A stretch of DNA of 63,968 nt, filler included, from the NCBI GenBank assembly GCA_964501035.1. It is 5 parts of 5 records of this genome, joined end to end, with 100 filler letters (N's around TTAATTAATTAA, not from the genome) between each part and the next. Parts side by side here need not be neighbours in the genome. Positions count along the whole stretch, not along the records: positions 40,884 to 53,729 come from CAZCRK010000046.1; 4 more parts are not named here. The stretch is one strand, 5' to 3'. The position numbers and the translations under genes were made by a program. Shown one piece after another: positions 43,344 to 53,729 of this stretch. Under the pieces are notes generated by a model. That model saw nothing but the letters and a program-made list of their open reading frames with translations, was not told the origin of the DNA and searched no databases. Numbering within the stretch: position 1 is the stretch's first letter; each line of letters opens with the position of its first letter.

Positions 43344-44678
43344 TTACTTTTCCTCGTGCAAATGAGTTTTTGGTTTGTAAAATTTAACAACAAATAGAAA
43401 TAATAATGCAGTTATAAACATAGCTCCTGCAAAGAAATAAAAGTATGATGCTCCAGCCAATTTAGATGTGCCATCAGGATTTTGAATAAAAGCATTTACC
43501 ATTGCAGTAAAAATATTACCCAATGAAACAGAAAGCATAAAAAATCCCATTATAAGTGATTTCATTTTATTGGGAGCTTGAGTATATGAAAATTCTAAAC
43601 ATGTTATTGATACAAGTACTTCAGCAGCAGTTAAGATAGCATACGCAATAACATGCCAAGCAATGCTTGGAGTGTGTCCGGCATCTAACCATGATTGTAC
43701 TAATCCTATAATTACAAATGAGGGAACCGCTAAAAAGAGTCCAAAACTAATTTTCTTCAAAGGAGTTACTTCGAAGTGTTTCCCCATAAAAGGATAAATG
43801 ACATATGCAAACAAAGGGGCAAAAATAAGAATCATAACAGGATTTATTGCTTGAATTTGTGATGGCAACCAATGAATACCTAACCAATTTCTGTTTAATT
43901 CATCAGCTTGTAATACCCACGTAGATCCCGTTTGGTCAAACAGTGCCCAAAAAATAGCAACAAAAATATAAATGATAAAAAGCCGAGCAATAGTTAGTAA
44001 ACCATCTTTACTAAATGTTTCTTTAATAAACTCTACACCACTAGCTGGGATATGGATAAAAACATTTCGACCTAGCCAAAATACCCATGTTGCCAATAGC
44101 ATTAATGCACCTGGAACACCAAATGCAATACTGGGACCAAACCTATCTAATAAAATTGGTGTTAATATGGTTGAGATAAACGCTCCCAGATTAATTGCAA
44201 GATAAAACCAACTAAATACTTTTTCTAGCAGAAATGAATTTGTTTTTCCAAATTGGTCTCCAACATGAGCAGAGACACAGGGCTTAATTCCGCCTGCACC
44301 AATGGAAATAAGGGTTAGTCCGAGAGTTAACCCTAAACGGGTTTCATCTAATGCAAGTGCTAAATGACCTAAACAATAAACAATTGAAAGCGATAAAATA
44401 GTTCTGTATTTCCCAAAGAATGCATCTGCAATAATTGCACCAACTAATGGAGTAAAATACACTGCGGATGTAAACAAATGATACCAGTAAGTTGCTTCTT
44501 CTTTGCCCATAGGGGCAAGTGAGCCTGATGTATCCATTAAATATTTTGTCATAAAAATAATTAGAATACATTTCATACCATAAAAACTAAAGCGTTCAGC
44601 AAGTTCGTTACCTATTATATAAGGAATTCCTTTTGGCATAGACTTTGATGCTCTAGGTGCAGTTAAATATTTACTCAT
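43344..44678 (-). CDS. proton-dependent oligopeptide transporter (POT/PTR2)
   Basis: ExxERFxxYG (ELAERFSFYG), GAGGIKPCV, FYLAINLG, EFSYTQAP. Confidence 0.95.
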   Translation of the reverse strand: MSKYLTAPRASKSMPKGIPYIIGNELAERFSFYGMKCILIIFMTKYLMDTSGSLAPMGKEEATYWYHLFTSAVYFTPLVGAIIADAFFGKYRTILSLSIVYCLGHLALALDETRLGLTLGLTLISIGAGGIKPCVSAHVGDQFGKTNSFLLEKVFSWFYLAINLGAFISTILTPILLDRFGPSIAFGVPGALMLLATWVFWLGRNVFIHIPASGVEFIKETFSKDGLLTIARLFIIYIFVAIFWALFDQTGSTWVLQADELNRNWLGIHWLPSQIQAINPVMILIFAPLFAYVIYPFMGKHFEVTPLKKISFGLFLAVPSFVIIGLVQSWLDAGHTPSIAWHVIAYAILTAAEVLVSITCLEFSYTQAPNKMKSLIMGFFMLSVSLGNIFTAMVNAFIQNPDGTSKLAGASYFYFFAGAMFITALLFLFVVKFYKPKTHLHEEK

Positions 44679-44804
44679 TTGTCTCTTTCATAACTTCTTT
44701 TGAAATATAGACTGACAATATACTCATTAATTCTAAATAGTGAGAAATCTTTTTAGCAATAACTTGTTTATTGCAGTAATTTTAGTCTGTTAAAATCGAC
44801 CATA

Positions 44805-46733
44805 ATGAATAAGAAATACTGTAAAAGTTTAACAAATTACTCAAGACGAAAAAGTAGAATTGTTTCTATTGGTAATATTCCACTTGGTGGACATCACCCT
44901 ATTCGAGTTCAATCCATGACAACAACGGATACAATGGATACAATTGCAACAGTTGAACAGTCTATACGAATGATTGATGCAGGTTGTGAATTTGTTCGAA
45001 TTACAACCCCTAGTATTAATGAAGCAAAAAATCTAGAGAATATTAAAAATGAACTTGTAAAACGAGGATATACAATCCCCTTGGTTGCTGATGTTCATTT
45101 TACACCAAAAGCAGCTGAAATTGCAGCAACTATAGTTGAAAAAGTACGAATTAATCCTGGGAATTTTGCGGACAAAAAAAAGTTTGAAATTGTTGATTAC
45201 TCAGACGCAGAATACAATGCAGAATTAGATAAAGTTTATCAGCGATTTTCACCCCTAGTTCAAATTTGCAAAAATAATAAAACTGCAATGAGAATTGGAG
45301 TTAACCATGGTTCCTTATCTGATAGAATTATGAATCGTTTTGGAGACACTCCACTGGGAATGGTAGAGTCAGCTCTAGAATTTATTCGAATTTGTGAAAG
45401 CCATAATTATTACGATATTGTATTATCCATGAAATCTAGTAATCCTATTGTTATGGTAAATGCATATAGGCTTCTAGTAAATAAAATGGATGAAGAAAAC
45501 ATGATTTATCCACTTCATTTAGGGGTAACTGAGGCTGGCGATGGGAGTGATGGTCGAATTAAATCTGCTTTGGGAATTGGAACGTTACTTGCAGATGGAC
45601 TAGGTGACACAATACGAGTTTCCTTAACTGAAGAACCAGAAATTGAAATCCCTGTAGCAAATAAGTTAGTTGAAAGATTAAACCATCATAGTAATCAAAC
45701 TAAGGTTGATGATATCGCTCAAACTCCATTTTCTCCTTTTGAATATACAAAACGAAAAACAAATAAAGTAAACAAGATAGGTAGTTCTCAAGTGCCAGTA
45801 GTCATTGCAGATTTGAGCTGTGAAAGTGATTGGAATGGTTCACGAATTCAAGAGCTAGGTTACTTGTATGATGACGATTCACATTCTTGGAAAAAAGAAG
45901 ATGTCGGTTGTGATTTTATCAATATTGGTAAACAAGACATTCCACCTAACTTACCCTCAAGTTTAAGGGTGATTCAGTCGTATTCAATTTGGAAAAATTT
46001 AAAAAATACTCATGTTTTTCCAATTATGACTACAGAACAGTATTTGGAAAATTCAAATTTTCATCCAGAACTTAATTTTGTATCTATAAATTTACGAGAA
46101 TTAACACAAGAAATAATTAAAAAGTTAAAGTCAGATCCAACAATTGTCCTAATTTCAAACTCTAGTTGTAAGCATTCTATCTTTGAACAGCGAAGTATGT
46201 TTATCAAATTGATAAATGCAGATTGTAAAACTCCTATGATTGTTCGAAGAATTTATAAAAATTTATCTAAAGAATCACTTCAATTACAATCAGCTACAGA
46301 TATAGGTGCTTTATTGGTGGATGGTTTTGGTGATGGAGTTATTCTTTCAACAAACAACTGTGGTTCAATTCGTTCCACAAATGAAACTGCATTTGGAATC
46401 TTGCAAGCAAGTCGCACACGAATTACTAAAACTGATTATATATCATGCCCATCATGTGGACGAACTTTGTTTGATTTACAAACAACAACTGCGAAAATAA
46501 AATCAGTAACCGACCATCTCAAAGGGCTCAAAATTGGAATTATGGGATGCATTGTTAATGGTCCCGGTGAAATGGCAGATGCAGATTATGGATATGTTGG
46601 CACAGGTTCTGGGTTGATATCATTGTATAAAGGCCATCATGTTGTTCAAAAAAATATCCCTGAAATGGATGCAGTAGAATCATTGATTAATTTAATCAAA
46701 AAAAATGGAGACTGGAGCGAACCAAAATGTTAA
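44805..46733 (+). CDS. ispG: HMBPP synthase, long three-domain form
   Basis: IRVQSMT, RINPGN, RIGVNHGSLS, HLGVTEAG, CPSCGR, MGCIVNGPGE; central insertion. Confidence 0.97.
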   Translation: MNKKYCKSLTNYSRRKSRIVSIGNIPLGGHHPIRVQSMTTTDTMDTIATVEQSIRMIDAGCEFVRITTPSINEAKNLENIKNELVKRGYTIPLVADVHFTPKAAEIAATIVEKVRINPGNFADKKKFEIVDYSDAEYNAELDKVYQRFSPLVQICKNNKTAMRIGVNHGSLSDRIMNRFGDTPLGMVESALEFIRICESHNYYDIVLSMKSSNPIVMVNAYRLLVNKMDEENMIYPLHLGVTEAGDGSDGRIKSALGIGTLLADGLGDTIRVSLTEEPEIEIPVANKLVERLNHHSNQTKVDDIAQTPFSPFEYTKRKTNKVNKIGSSQVPVVIADLSCESDWNGSRIQELGYLYDDDSHSWKKEDVGCDFINIGKQDIPPNLPSSLRVIQSYSIWKNLKNTHVFPIMTTEQYLENSNFHPELNFVSINLRELTQEIIKKLKSDPTIVLISNSSCKHSIFEQRSMFIKLINADCKTPMIVRRIYKNLSKESLQLQSATDIGALLVDGFGDGVILSTNNCGSIRSTNETAFGILQASRTRITKTDYISCPSCGRTLFDLQTTTAKIKSVTDHLKGLKIGIMGCIVNGPGEMADADYGYVGTGSGLISLYKGHHVVQKNIPEMDAVESLINLIKKNGDWSEPKC

Positions 46734-46924
46734 AAAGAGTTTTGATACCAACTTTTATTCGTAAATATGTCCAAATTTTCAGAAAAGAAGGATTTAAAGG
46801 GTTAATAAAAAAGGGTGGTTGGAGGCTTCTTTTGGGATTCATTTTATTTTATTTAATTCGTGATACTATTTTATATGTAATTCCTTTTTTGCTGATTGCA
46901 AATGGGGTACATACCTGTGGTTAA
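46727..46924 (+). CDS. small membrane protein (65 aa)
   Basis: Overlaps the ispG end; basic N-terminus plus hydrophobic FYLIRDTILY segment; followed by a terminator. Confidence 0.65.
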   Translation: MLKRVLIPTFIRKYVQIFRKEGFKGLIKKGGWRLLLGFILFYLIRDTILYVIPFLLIANGVHTCG

Positions 46925-46939
46925 TAATATATCAGTATA

Positions 46940-46973
46940 AATCAAAAACCCCTTGCTCAAGGGGTTTTTGATT
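46940..46973. terminator. bidirectional intrinsic terminator
   Basis: Perfect inverted repeat AATCAAAAACCCCTTG-CT-CAAGGGGTTTTTGATT between convergent units. Confidence 0.9.
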
Positions 46974-47050
46974 GGTGGGCGATGAGAGACTCGAACTCCC
47001 GACTTCCTCCTTGTAAGGGAGGCACTCTGAACCAACTGAGTTAATCGCCC
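46973..47050 (-). tRNA. tRNA-Val (TAC)
   Basis: Cloverleaf: acceptor GGGCGAT/ATCGCCC, anticodon arm CCTCC-CTTACAA-GGAGG, T loop TTCGAGT, encoded CCA. Confidence 0.97.
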
Positions 47051-47067
47051 AATTTCAACAATTATGC

Positions 47068-49440
47068 TTAATTGCTGAGTGACAATTTTATTACATCTTC
47101 CACTTCATTTACAAAAGTAATTTTTAAATCTTTTTTGATTTGTTCCGGAATTTCTTCTAAATCCTTTTCATTTTGTTTAGGTACAATAATATGGTTTAAA
47201 CCAGAACGTAAAGCAGCAGTTGATTTTTCTTTTAAACCTCCAATTGGTAGAACATTACCCCGAAGAGAAATTTCGCCAGTCATACCAAGTTTTTCTTTAA
47301 CAGGTTTGTTTGTTAAGAGCGACACAATTGCAGTTACCATTGCAACACCTGCTGATGGTCCATCTTTAGGTATTGCCCCTGCCGGAACATGAACATGAAT
47401 ATCATTCTTAGTATAGAAATCAGGTTCAATCCCATATTGTTCAGCATTTGAGCGAACATATGAAAATGCAGCCTGGGCAGATTCTTTCATAACATCGCCT
47501 AATTTCCCAGTAAGTTTCAATGCACCCTTACCAGGCATTTTTGAGGCTTCGATGAATAATATATCTCCACCAAATGCTGTCCAAGCCAACCCAACAACAA
47601 CACCGGGTTTAGAGCATCGTTCTGCCACTTCAGAAAAGAATTTACGTGCACCAAGATATTCTTCAACTTTATTGGGTGTCACTTTTACAGATTTACATTT
47701 CTTGGTAGCAATATCTAGTGCAACTTTTCTGCAAACATTAGCAACTTGTCGTTCTAAGTTCCTAACACCAGCTTCACGCGTATATGATTCAACCAATTTT
47801 AAAATAGCATCATCAGAAAATTTAATTTCAGACTTTTTCAAACCATGTTCTTTGATTTGTTTTGGAATTAAATGACGTTTTGCAATTTGAATTTTTTCCT
47901 CATGGATATAGCCAGTGAATTGCAAAATTTCCATTCTATCACGAAGAGGTCCAGGAATTCTGTCGATTTGATTTGCAGTGGTGATAAACATAACATTGGA
48001 TAAATCAAAATCTACCTCTAAATAATGATCATTAAATGCAAAATTTTGTTCAGGGTCTAATACTTCCAGTAATGCACTTGATGGGTCGCCTCTAAAATCC
48101 ATACCAAGTTTATCAATTTCATCAAGCATAAAAATTGGATTATTTGTGCCGGCTTTTTTCAAACTAGCAATAATTCTGCCTGGAAGCGCTCCAATATAGG
48201 TTCTTCTATGTCCTCTTATTTCAGCTTCATCACGAACACCACCCAATGATATACGAACAAATTCACGTCCCATTGATTTTGCTATTGATTTTCCTATAGA
48301 TGTTTTACCTGTTCCTGGAGGACCTCCAAAACACAAAATAGGGCTTTTTAAGATTTCACCTTTTTTGCTTCTTGACTTCTTTAAATTTCGTACTGCCAAA
48401 TGTTCAATAATTCGTTCTTTAACTTTTTTCAAACCATAATGGTCATCATCCAAAATTTCTTGAGCAAAGTCAATATTTTCATTATCTGTAGATTGTTTAC
48501 TCCAGGGAAGTTCAACAAGCCAATCTAAGTATGTACGAGATACAGTATACTCTGGAGATTGTGAAGGGATTTTTTGCATTCTGCTGAGTTCTTTGTTGGC
48601 AACTTTATCAACTTCCTTCGGCATCTTTGCTTTTTTAATTTTATCTTCAATTTCATTTATCTCAACACTCGACTCATCTTCTCCAAGTTCTTTTCGAATG
48701 GCTTTCATTTGTTCACGCAGAAAATATTCACGTTGGGATTTTGAAATTTCATCTTGCACGTCAGATTGTATTTTTTCACCCAATTCTATTCGCTGGATTT
48801 CTCTATTTATTAAAACAGTAGATTTATCTACTCGCTCTTTTAAATCCAACTCTTCAAGTATTTCTTGTTTTTCATTGGTGGGAATATTCATAAGAGAAAT
48901 TGCTTTATCAGCAATTCGCCCAGGATGTTTGATATTTGTTAGAGCTGATGCTTGCTCTTCTGATAGATAGGGTGCTATTTCAATCAATTTACTATAAATA
49001 TTTTTGATATTTGTAGTACCAGCATCAAGTTCTTCCGATGATTCAATAATTGCATGTGGTGTTTTTTGAATCAATCCTTTGAAATATGGATCATGTTCAA
49101 TATAGTTTACAATTTTGACGCGTTCAATCCCTTGAACAATAGCTGATTTTGAATTATCAGGCATATCAAATGTTTTCATGACAGTTGCAAGGGTTCCGTA
49201 GGTATATAAATCAGAACCCTTCGGATTTTCAATTGAACCATCTTTTTGAGCTACAACAACAATGTATTTTTTCCCTTTATTAGGAAGATCGTCAATCAAT
49301 TTTAATGATTGTTCTCGTCCCACATAAATTGGTATTATTTGTTGTGGAAATAGGACGGTATTTCTGAGTGGAAGAATGGGGTACTGTTCGAGTACATTTT
49401 CTTCATGCTCTTTTTGTGTTTCTTTGTTTTCTTCAGTCAT
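47068..49440 (-). CDS. lon: ATP-dependent Lon protease
   Basis: LPLRNTVLFP, GPPGTGKTS, LDEIDK, PKDGPSAG, IGGLKEK; ATG at 49440 preferred because GGAG lies just upstream. Confidence 0.98.
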   Translation of the reverse strand: MTEENKETQKEHEENVLEQYPILPLRNTVLFPQQIIPIYVGREQSLKLIDDLPNKGKKYIVVVAQKDGSIENPKGSDLYTYGTLATVMKTFDMPDNSKSAIVQGIERVKIVNYIEHDPYFKGLIQKTPHAIIESSEELDAGTTNIKNIYSKLIEIAPYLSEEQASALTNIKHPGRIADKAISLMNIPTNEKQEILEELDLKERVDKSTVLINREIQRIELGEKIQSDVQDEISKSQREYFLREQMKAIRKELGEDESSVEINEIEDKIKKAKMPKEVDKVANKELSRMQKIPSQSPEYTVSRTYLDWLVELPWSKQSTDNENIDFAQEILDDDHYGLKKVKERIIEHLAVRNLKKSRSKKGEILKSPILCFGGPPGTGKTSIGKSIAKSMGREFVRISLGGVRDEAEIRGHRRTYIGALPGRIIASLKKAGTNNPIFMLDEIDKLGMDFRGDPSSALLEVLDPEQNFAFNDHYLEVDFDLSNVMFITTANQIDRIPGPLRDRMEILQFTGYIHEEKIQIAKRHLIPKQIKEHGLKKSEIKFSDDAILKLVESYTREAGVRNLERQVANVCRKVALDIATKKCKSVKVTPNKVEEYLGARKFFSEVAERCSKPGVVVGLAWTAFGGDILFIEASKMPGKGALKLTGKLGDVMKESAQAAFSYVRSNAEQYGIEPDFYTKNDIHVHVPAGAIPKDGPSAGVAMVTAIVSLLTNKPVKEKLGMTGEISLRGNVLPIGGLKEKSTAALRSGLNHIIVPKQNEKDLEEIPEQIKKDLKITFVNEVEDVIKLSLSN

Positions 49441-49475
49441 TATCACTCCAAAATTTTAATTAACAGTTTTATTAG

Positions 49476-49492
49476 TGACAAATATTGTGCCA
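49476..49492 (-). promoter_or_regulatory. possible sigma-54 (-24/-12) promoter of lon
   Basis: TGGCAC-AATAT-TTGT on the minus strand; correct spacing, but GT instead of GC at -12. Confidence 0.45.
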
Positions 49493-49516
49493 CATGATGT
49501 ATGGGTAATTTAGGTA

Positions 49517-50590
49517 TTAAATATCTGTATTATTGTCATGTTTGGGTCGTGTTGATTCAATTTCTTGTACTAGTTTTAAAATATTTACTGTGACATTTTC
49601 ATCAGCAATTGGCATATGTCCGGCAATTTTAGGAAAATATCCATCTTCCATTTGTTGTTCTATCAACCAATTTAACATTTTACGAACTCGCATATCTTCT
49701 GGTGTATATCCGCAATTTACAACCCCTTGAAGAACTTTATAAGTTCCACCAGTGAACATACCTTCGCTTGTATGTGTAATGCCCAGTTTATCCCAATTTT
49801 CTTGTGCACTCATAAGAGTTGAGTTGTTTTCTTGAAGAACTCTGTTAAGTAAAAATTCTGAGGCTTTGAGAGCATGAGTTTTAAACATTTTTTGTCTTAA
49901 TGATAATAATTGGAGAACTTCAGCTGTTGTCCAAATACAAGAGGGTTCATTATCATAATTATTCCCTTTTGCAACCGTTGAACGATGTAGCCATCCACCA
50001 TCTTCACGTTGTCTATTTGCTATCCATGTTATTGATTTATCAAGCAAACGATTTCCTCTCATTCCCATTTGCAATAACAGAAAACATGCATGAGAGTGAT
50101 GATGATATAGTAGAGGAAATCTTCCATCTTCTGCTTGAAATTTCATTAATTGAATAATGATATCTTTTACAGGTGGGAAAAATTTATTTCCACCCAATTC
50201 ATACACATTATGTGAGATCTTTAATAATTCTAAAAAAGCAAGTGATGATCGTTTTTCATTATCAAGTTGTTCTACAAATTTGGTTAAATCGGTTTTAAGT
50301 AATCTTTGTAAAGCACGTTGTAAAAATACTCTTTTTTCACCCTCACGAAATAGTCTGTGATGTTTTTCCAAATTATACACATCTTTTATCAACTTAAATG
50401 CAGTGATTGGACTCCCTTTTCGAATTAATTTTGGGAGTGGATTGTAATTTAATGCAGATATCCACTCTGGGGTTACATCTACAGATTTTAGCATTCTAAA
50501 TTGAAATGAATCTTCTCGTTTTACAAAATTCTTCCTTCGATTATTCGATTTAAAAGATTGTTTTTTAAAATTTGATTTTCTTTTTTCCAC
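49517..50590 (-). CDS. hypothetical protein with prenyltransferase/squalene-cyclase-type QW repeats
   Basis: FQAEDGRF, RQREDGGW, QQMEDGYF; basic N-terminus; GTG start overlaps the lipA stop. Confidence 0.7.
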   Translation of the reverse strand: MEKRKSNFKKQSFKSNNRRKNFVKREDSFQFRMLKSVDVTPEWISALNYNPLPKLIRKGSPITAFKLIKDVYNLEKHHRLFREGEKRVFLQRALQRLLKTDLTKFVEQLDNEKRSSLAFLELLKISHNVYELGGNKFFPPVKDIIIQLMKFQAEDGRFPLLYHHHSHACFLLLQMGMRGNRLLDKSITWIANRQREDGGWLHRSTVAKGNNYDNEPSCIWTTAEVLQLLSLRQKMFKTHALKASEFLLNRVLQENNSTLMSAQENWDKLGITHTSEGMFTGGTYKVLQGVVNCGYTPEDMRVRKMLNWLIEQQMEDGYFPKIAGHMPIADENVTVNILKLVQEIESTRPKHDNNTDI

Positions 50591-51471
50591 TATGCATTCT
50601 TTCTATACAAATTTACTTGATCATCGGCATGATATGAAGAGCGGACTAATGGACCAGATTCTACAACTTTATATCCCATTTTAATACCTTCATCATGATA
50701 CATTTGAAACACATCAGGATGCACATAGCGATGAACGGCTAGTTGTTGTTTTGTGGGTTGTAAATACTGCCCAATATTGAATATTTTTACTCCAAGTTCG
50801 GCAAACTCTGCCATGGTGTGCAATACTTCATTATCTGTTTCACCTAATCCAACCATTATTCCAGTTTTTGTAACTAAACCATACTCTATTGATGATTTTA
50901 GCACAGATTTTGTTTGTTGCCAATTGGATTGTGGTCGAATTTCTTTTGAAATTCGTTCTACGCATTCTACATTATGGGAAAATATATCTGGTTTTGCTTC
51001 AAATACTGTTTTTAGAGCAGATTGATTATTATTGAAATCCGGTGTTAACACTTCAATGGAGCAGTATAAATTCACCTTACGTATTTCATTAATTGTTTCT
51101 GCCCAAATAGTTGCACCAAAATCTGATTTAATATCATCCCTATCAACAGATGTAATGACTACATGTTTTAACCCCATAGATTTTACCGCTTCAGATACTC
51201 TAACTGGTTCACTCAAATCCAATGGATTTGGTTTTCCTGTTTTGATTGAGCAAAACCCACACGCACGAGTACAAACATCTCCTAAAATCATAATGGTAGC
51301 AGTTTGTCTATTCCAACATTCATAAATATTGGGACAATTAGCTTCTAAACAAACAGTGTTTAGTTTACTTTTGGTTATTGTATCACGAGTTTGGGAATAT
51401 TCCTTTCCTGTGTCTAATTTTATTTTCAGCCAATCAGGTTTTTTAGTTGGAGGTTCTTGAACTTTTATCAT
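50590..51471 (-). CDS. lipA: lipoyl synthase
   Basis: CLEANCPNIYEC, CTRACGFC, RSSYHA. Confidence 0.98.
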   Translation of the reverse strand: MIKVQEPPTKKPDWLKIKLDTGKEYSQTRDTITKSKLNTVCLEANCPNIYECWNRQTATIMILGDVCTRACGFCSIKTGKPNPLDLSEPVRVSEAVKSMGLKHVVITSVDRDDIKSDFGATIWAETINEIRKVNLYCSIEVLTPDFNNNQSALKTVFEAKPDIFSHNVECVERISKEIRPQSNWQQTKSVLKSSIEYGLVTKTGIMVGLGETDNEVLHTMAEFAELGVKIFNIGQYLQPTKQQLAVHRYVHPDVFQMYHDEGIKMGYKVVESGPLVRSSYHADDQVNLYRKNA

Positions 51472-51476
51472 TAAGA

Positions 51477-53729
51477 CTAAGGTAGTTGTTCTTGAAAGCT
51501 TTCATATCTTGTAATAATCTTATGTGTTAATTCAAGTTCCCTGTCACCATCTTTATAAAGATTATAGGCTTTTTCTATTAAATCCAGAGCTTCTTCCATA
51601 TTCCCTTGCTTTTCTTTTAGAATGGAATATTCATAAAATAATTCTGCATTTTCATCATCAAGTTTCAGACAAGCTTTAAACATTTTCCCTGAATCTTTTA
51701 ATAATCCTAATTCCTGATATACTCGTCCTTGAGATATATAAGCACCTATCTTCATAAGATTTCCCATCATTGATTCTTCATTTATAATCTTCATATTAAG
51801 CTCAGTTGCTTTTTCAGTATCTCCTATACTCTCAAAATACCTAACAGTCATTAAATCAAGCATAGGTAACATAAAATTAAAACCGATTGCTATAGCACCA
51901 TCATGAGCACTTTTGAGATTCTCATTGAATTTATCCCAATCCTTTGTTGAAGAATAATAACAACATCGCATCAGGGGTGTTAGCATACTTAAAGGTGGAG
52001 CAATTATTGTATTTAGTGTATTATTTAATTCTTCTTCTGCACCCTGAGTATCACCTAATCGAACTTTAGCATCTATGAGATCTACAGAAAAAAATGCTCC
52101 TATTCCTGGGCCTGCTTGACTTTGTCCATATTCTGCTAAATTTTTAATATATGGAATAGCATCTCTTACTCTCCCCCTACTACTCAGTTTCCAATTAATA
52201 CTACTATATAGCTGCAACATAGTTTGAAATCCTGCTTCTGGATTCTCTTCCATAATGCCCTCTATCTCTTTGATATACTGCTCTACTGACCAATTATTTA
52301 ATTTTGCATTAAGATTAGTTAATTGCAACTCAAAATCAGGTCCAGTTGCACCTACAGCTTCGGCCTTCAACATATAATTATATGCATTCTCATAATCTAA
52401 TTGTACCATATAAACAGATGCAATAAGCTGATACCCCTCTGGATTATTCGGGTTTGATTTTTGATATTGGTTGTAATATGTTAATGCATTATCATAATCA
52501 GAGATAGTTTTATAGGTACTTCCTATTTCAAGTAACAATTCATGTTTAGATGGATCTATTTGTAATATTTTTTTCTGAGTTGAAATAACATTCGCCATAT
52601 CTCCTGTTAATAAATAAATATGCGCAAGATATTCAAGAGGCCTAATATCATCTGGATAAAGCTCTATCCACATATTGATTAAATTCAATTTTCTATCCAT
52701 ATTAGGATTCATGGCATCCATTTCATCAATTCTAACTCCAAACTGTGTGCCCTCATCTAGTTTATTGATATATTTTTTAGCAAGTCCCATGTGATGTGAA
52801 AAACATTCCATATCTTGTTTGTTTAAACAGAGAGAATATAACATCGCATGGGCAAGTGCAAATTCTTCATCATATTTGACAGCTTCATTTAGATGATAAA
52901 AACTTTCTTCAAATCCTAGCTCACGATAAGAGGAAATAGTAAAATGTTTTAATGCATCCATTGAATCTGTCAATCTATCTTCAAGGGGCAAGTCTTTAGT
53001 ATTCTCAATATGAGTTGAGGGAATTCCAATATCCTGTTTGATTTGTATCGTGGCTAAATCTATTAGTTCAAAGAAATTGTTACCTTCATATTTATTTGAA
53101 CTTATTAATTTTGCATTACTTGTTTTATAGACTTTAAAATTCAAAGTATACACAGCATGTTCAAAAGAATGATCTCCTGTTATGAAGAACTCAGATGAAG
53201 TTCTTTTTGATATTTTTTGCATATCTCCAAGAGAAATATTATCCTTAGAAGCGTATCCTATATCATTTTTCATTTGTGCGGCCCAGCCAGATTTTGATGT
53301 AATAAATAAATCTTGTTTTAAATCATAGATAGAAGCCAATCTAATTGCCTTATTCATCCAATTATTAGATGTATCCAGTGATATATTATTAAAATTAAAA
53401 ATATTAAGCGTTTTTCTAAATTCTGATTTAATAACAGTTTTTATTATTTCATTTCCACTTAAATCTTCAATCGTTACATCTTTTGTTACAGCACCTAAAT
53501 CTTTAGGATAAAAAGAAATAAATAAAACAATTGTGGCTATGATAAAATTTGCAGGTACAACAATTCTTTCAATTCTATTCCATTTGTCTTTTCCTGGTCT
53601 ACCATGGAAATAAGATAAAATTAAAATACTTGGCAGCATAGATATTGCAACACCAAGAGATAAATCAACTAAATGCGTTGATAATAAATAACGATCCACT
53701 ATCCAAGTTATAAATTGAATAACACCCCA
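51477..53729 (-). CDS. membrane-anchored TPR protein, 5'-partial
   Basis: Open to the contig end (WGVIQFITWIVDRY...); N-terminal TM helices, YFHGRPGKDKW, a TolB-N/FlgO-like segment and many TPRs. Confidence 0.75.
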   Translation of the reverse strand, partial: WGVIQFITWIVDRYLLSTHLVDLSLGVAISMLPSILILSYFHGRPGKDKWNRIERIVVPANFIIATIVLFISFYPKDLGAVTKDVTIEDLSGNEIIKTVIKSEFRKTLNIFNFNNISLDTSNNWMNKAIRLASIYDLKQDLFITSKSGWAAQMKNDIGYASKDNISLGDMQKISKRTSSEFFITGDHSFEHAVYTLNFKVYKTSNAKLISSNKYEGNNFFELIDLATIQIKQDIGIPSTHIENTKDLPLEDRLTDSMDALKHFTISSYRELGFEESFYHLNEAVKYDEEFALAHAMLYSLCLNKQDMECFSHHMGLAKKYINKLDEGTQFGVRIDEMDAMNPNMDRKLNLINMWIELYPDDIRPLEYLAHIYLLTGDMANVISTQKKILQIDPSKHELLLEIGSTYKTISDYDNALTYYNQYQKSNPNNPEGYQLIASVYMVQLDYENAYNYMLKAEAVGATGPDFELQLTNLNAKLNNWSVEQYIKEIEGIMEENPEAGFQTMLQLYSSINWKLSSRGRVRDAIPYIKNLAEYGQSQAGPGIGAFFSVDLIDAKVRLGDTQGAEEELNNTLNTIIAPPLSMLTPLMRCCYYSSTKDWDKFNENLKSAHDGAIAIGFNFMLPMLDLMTVRYFESIGDTEKATELNMKIINEESMMGNLMKIGAYISQGRVYQELGLLKDSGKMFKACLKLDDENAELFYEYSILKEKQGNMEEALDLIEKAYNLYKDGDRELELTHKIITRYESFQEQLP

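Noticed and set aside
46925..47067. Integrative element at tRNA-Val
   Set aside because: No duplicated tRNA 3' end or integrase; the tRNA is followed directly by a terminator.
47072..48970. Antisense ORFs of 100-125 aa over lon, and similar short ORFs over glmS, ileS, ahcY, lipA and others
   Set aside because: They are shadows of strongly conserved genes, with no motifs or ribosome-binding sites.
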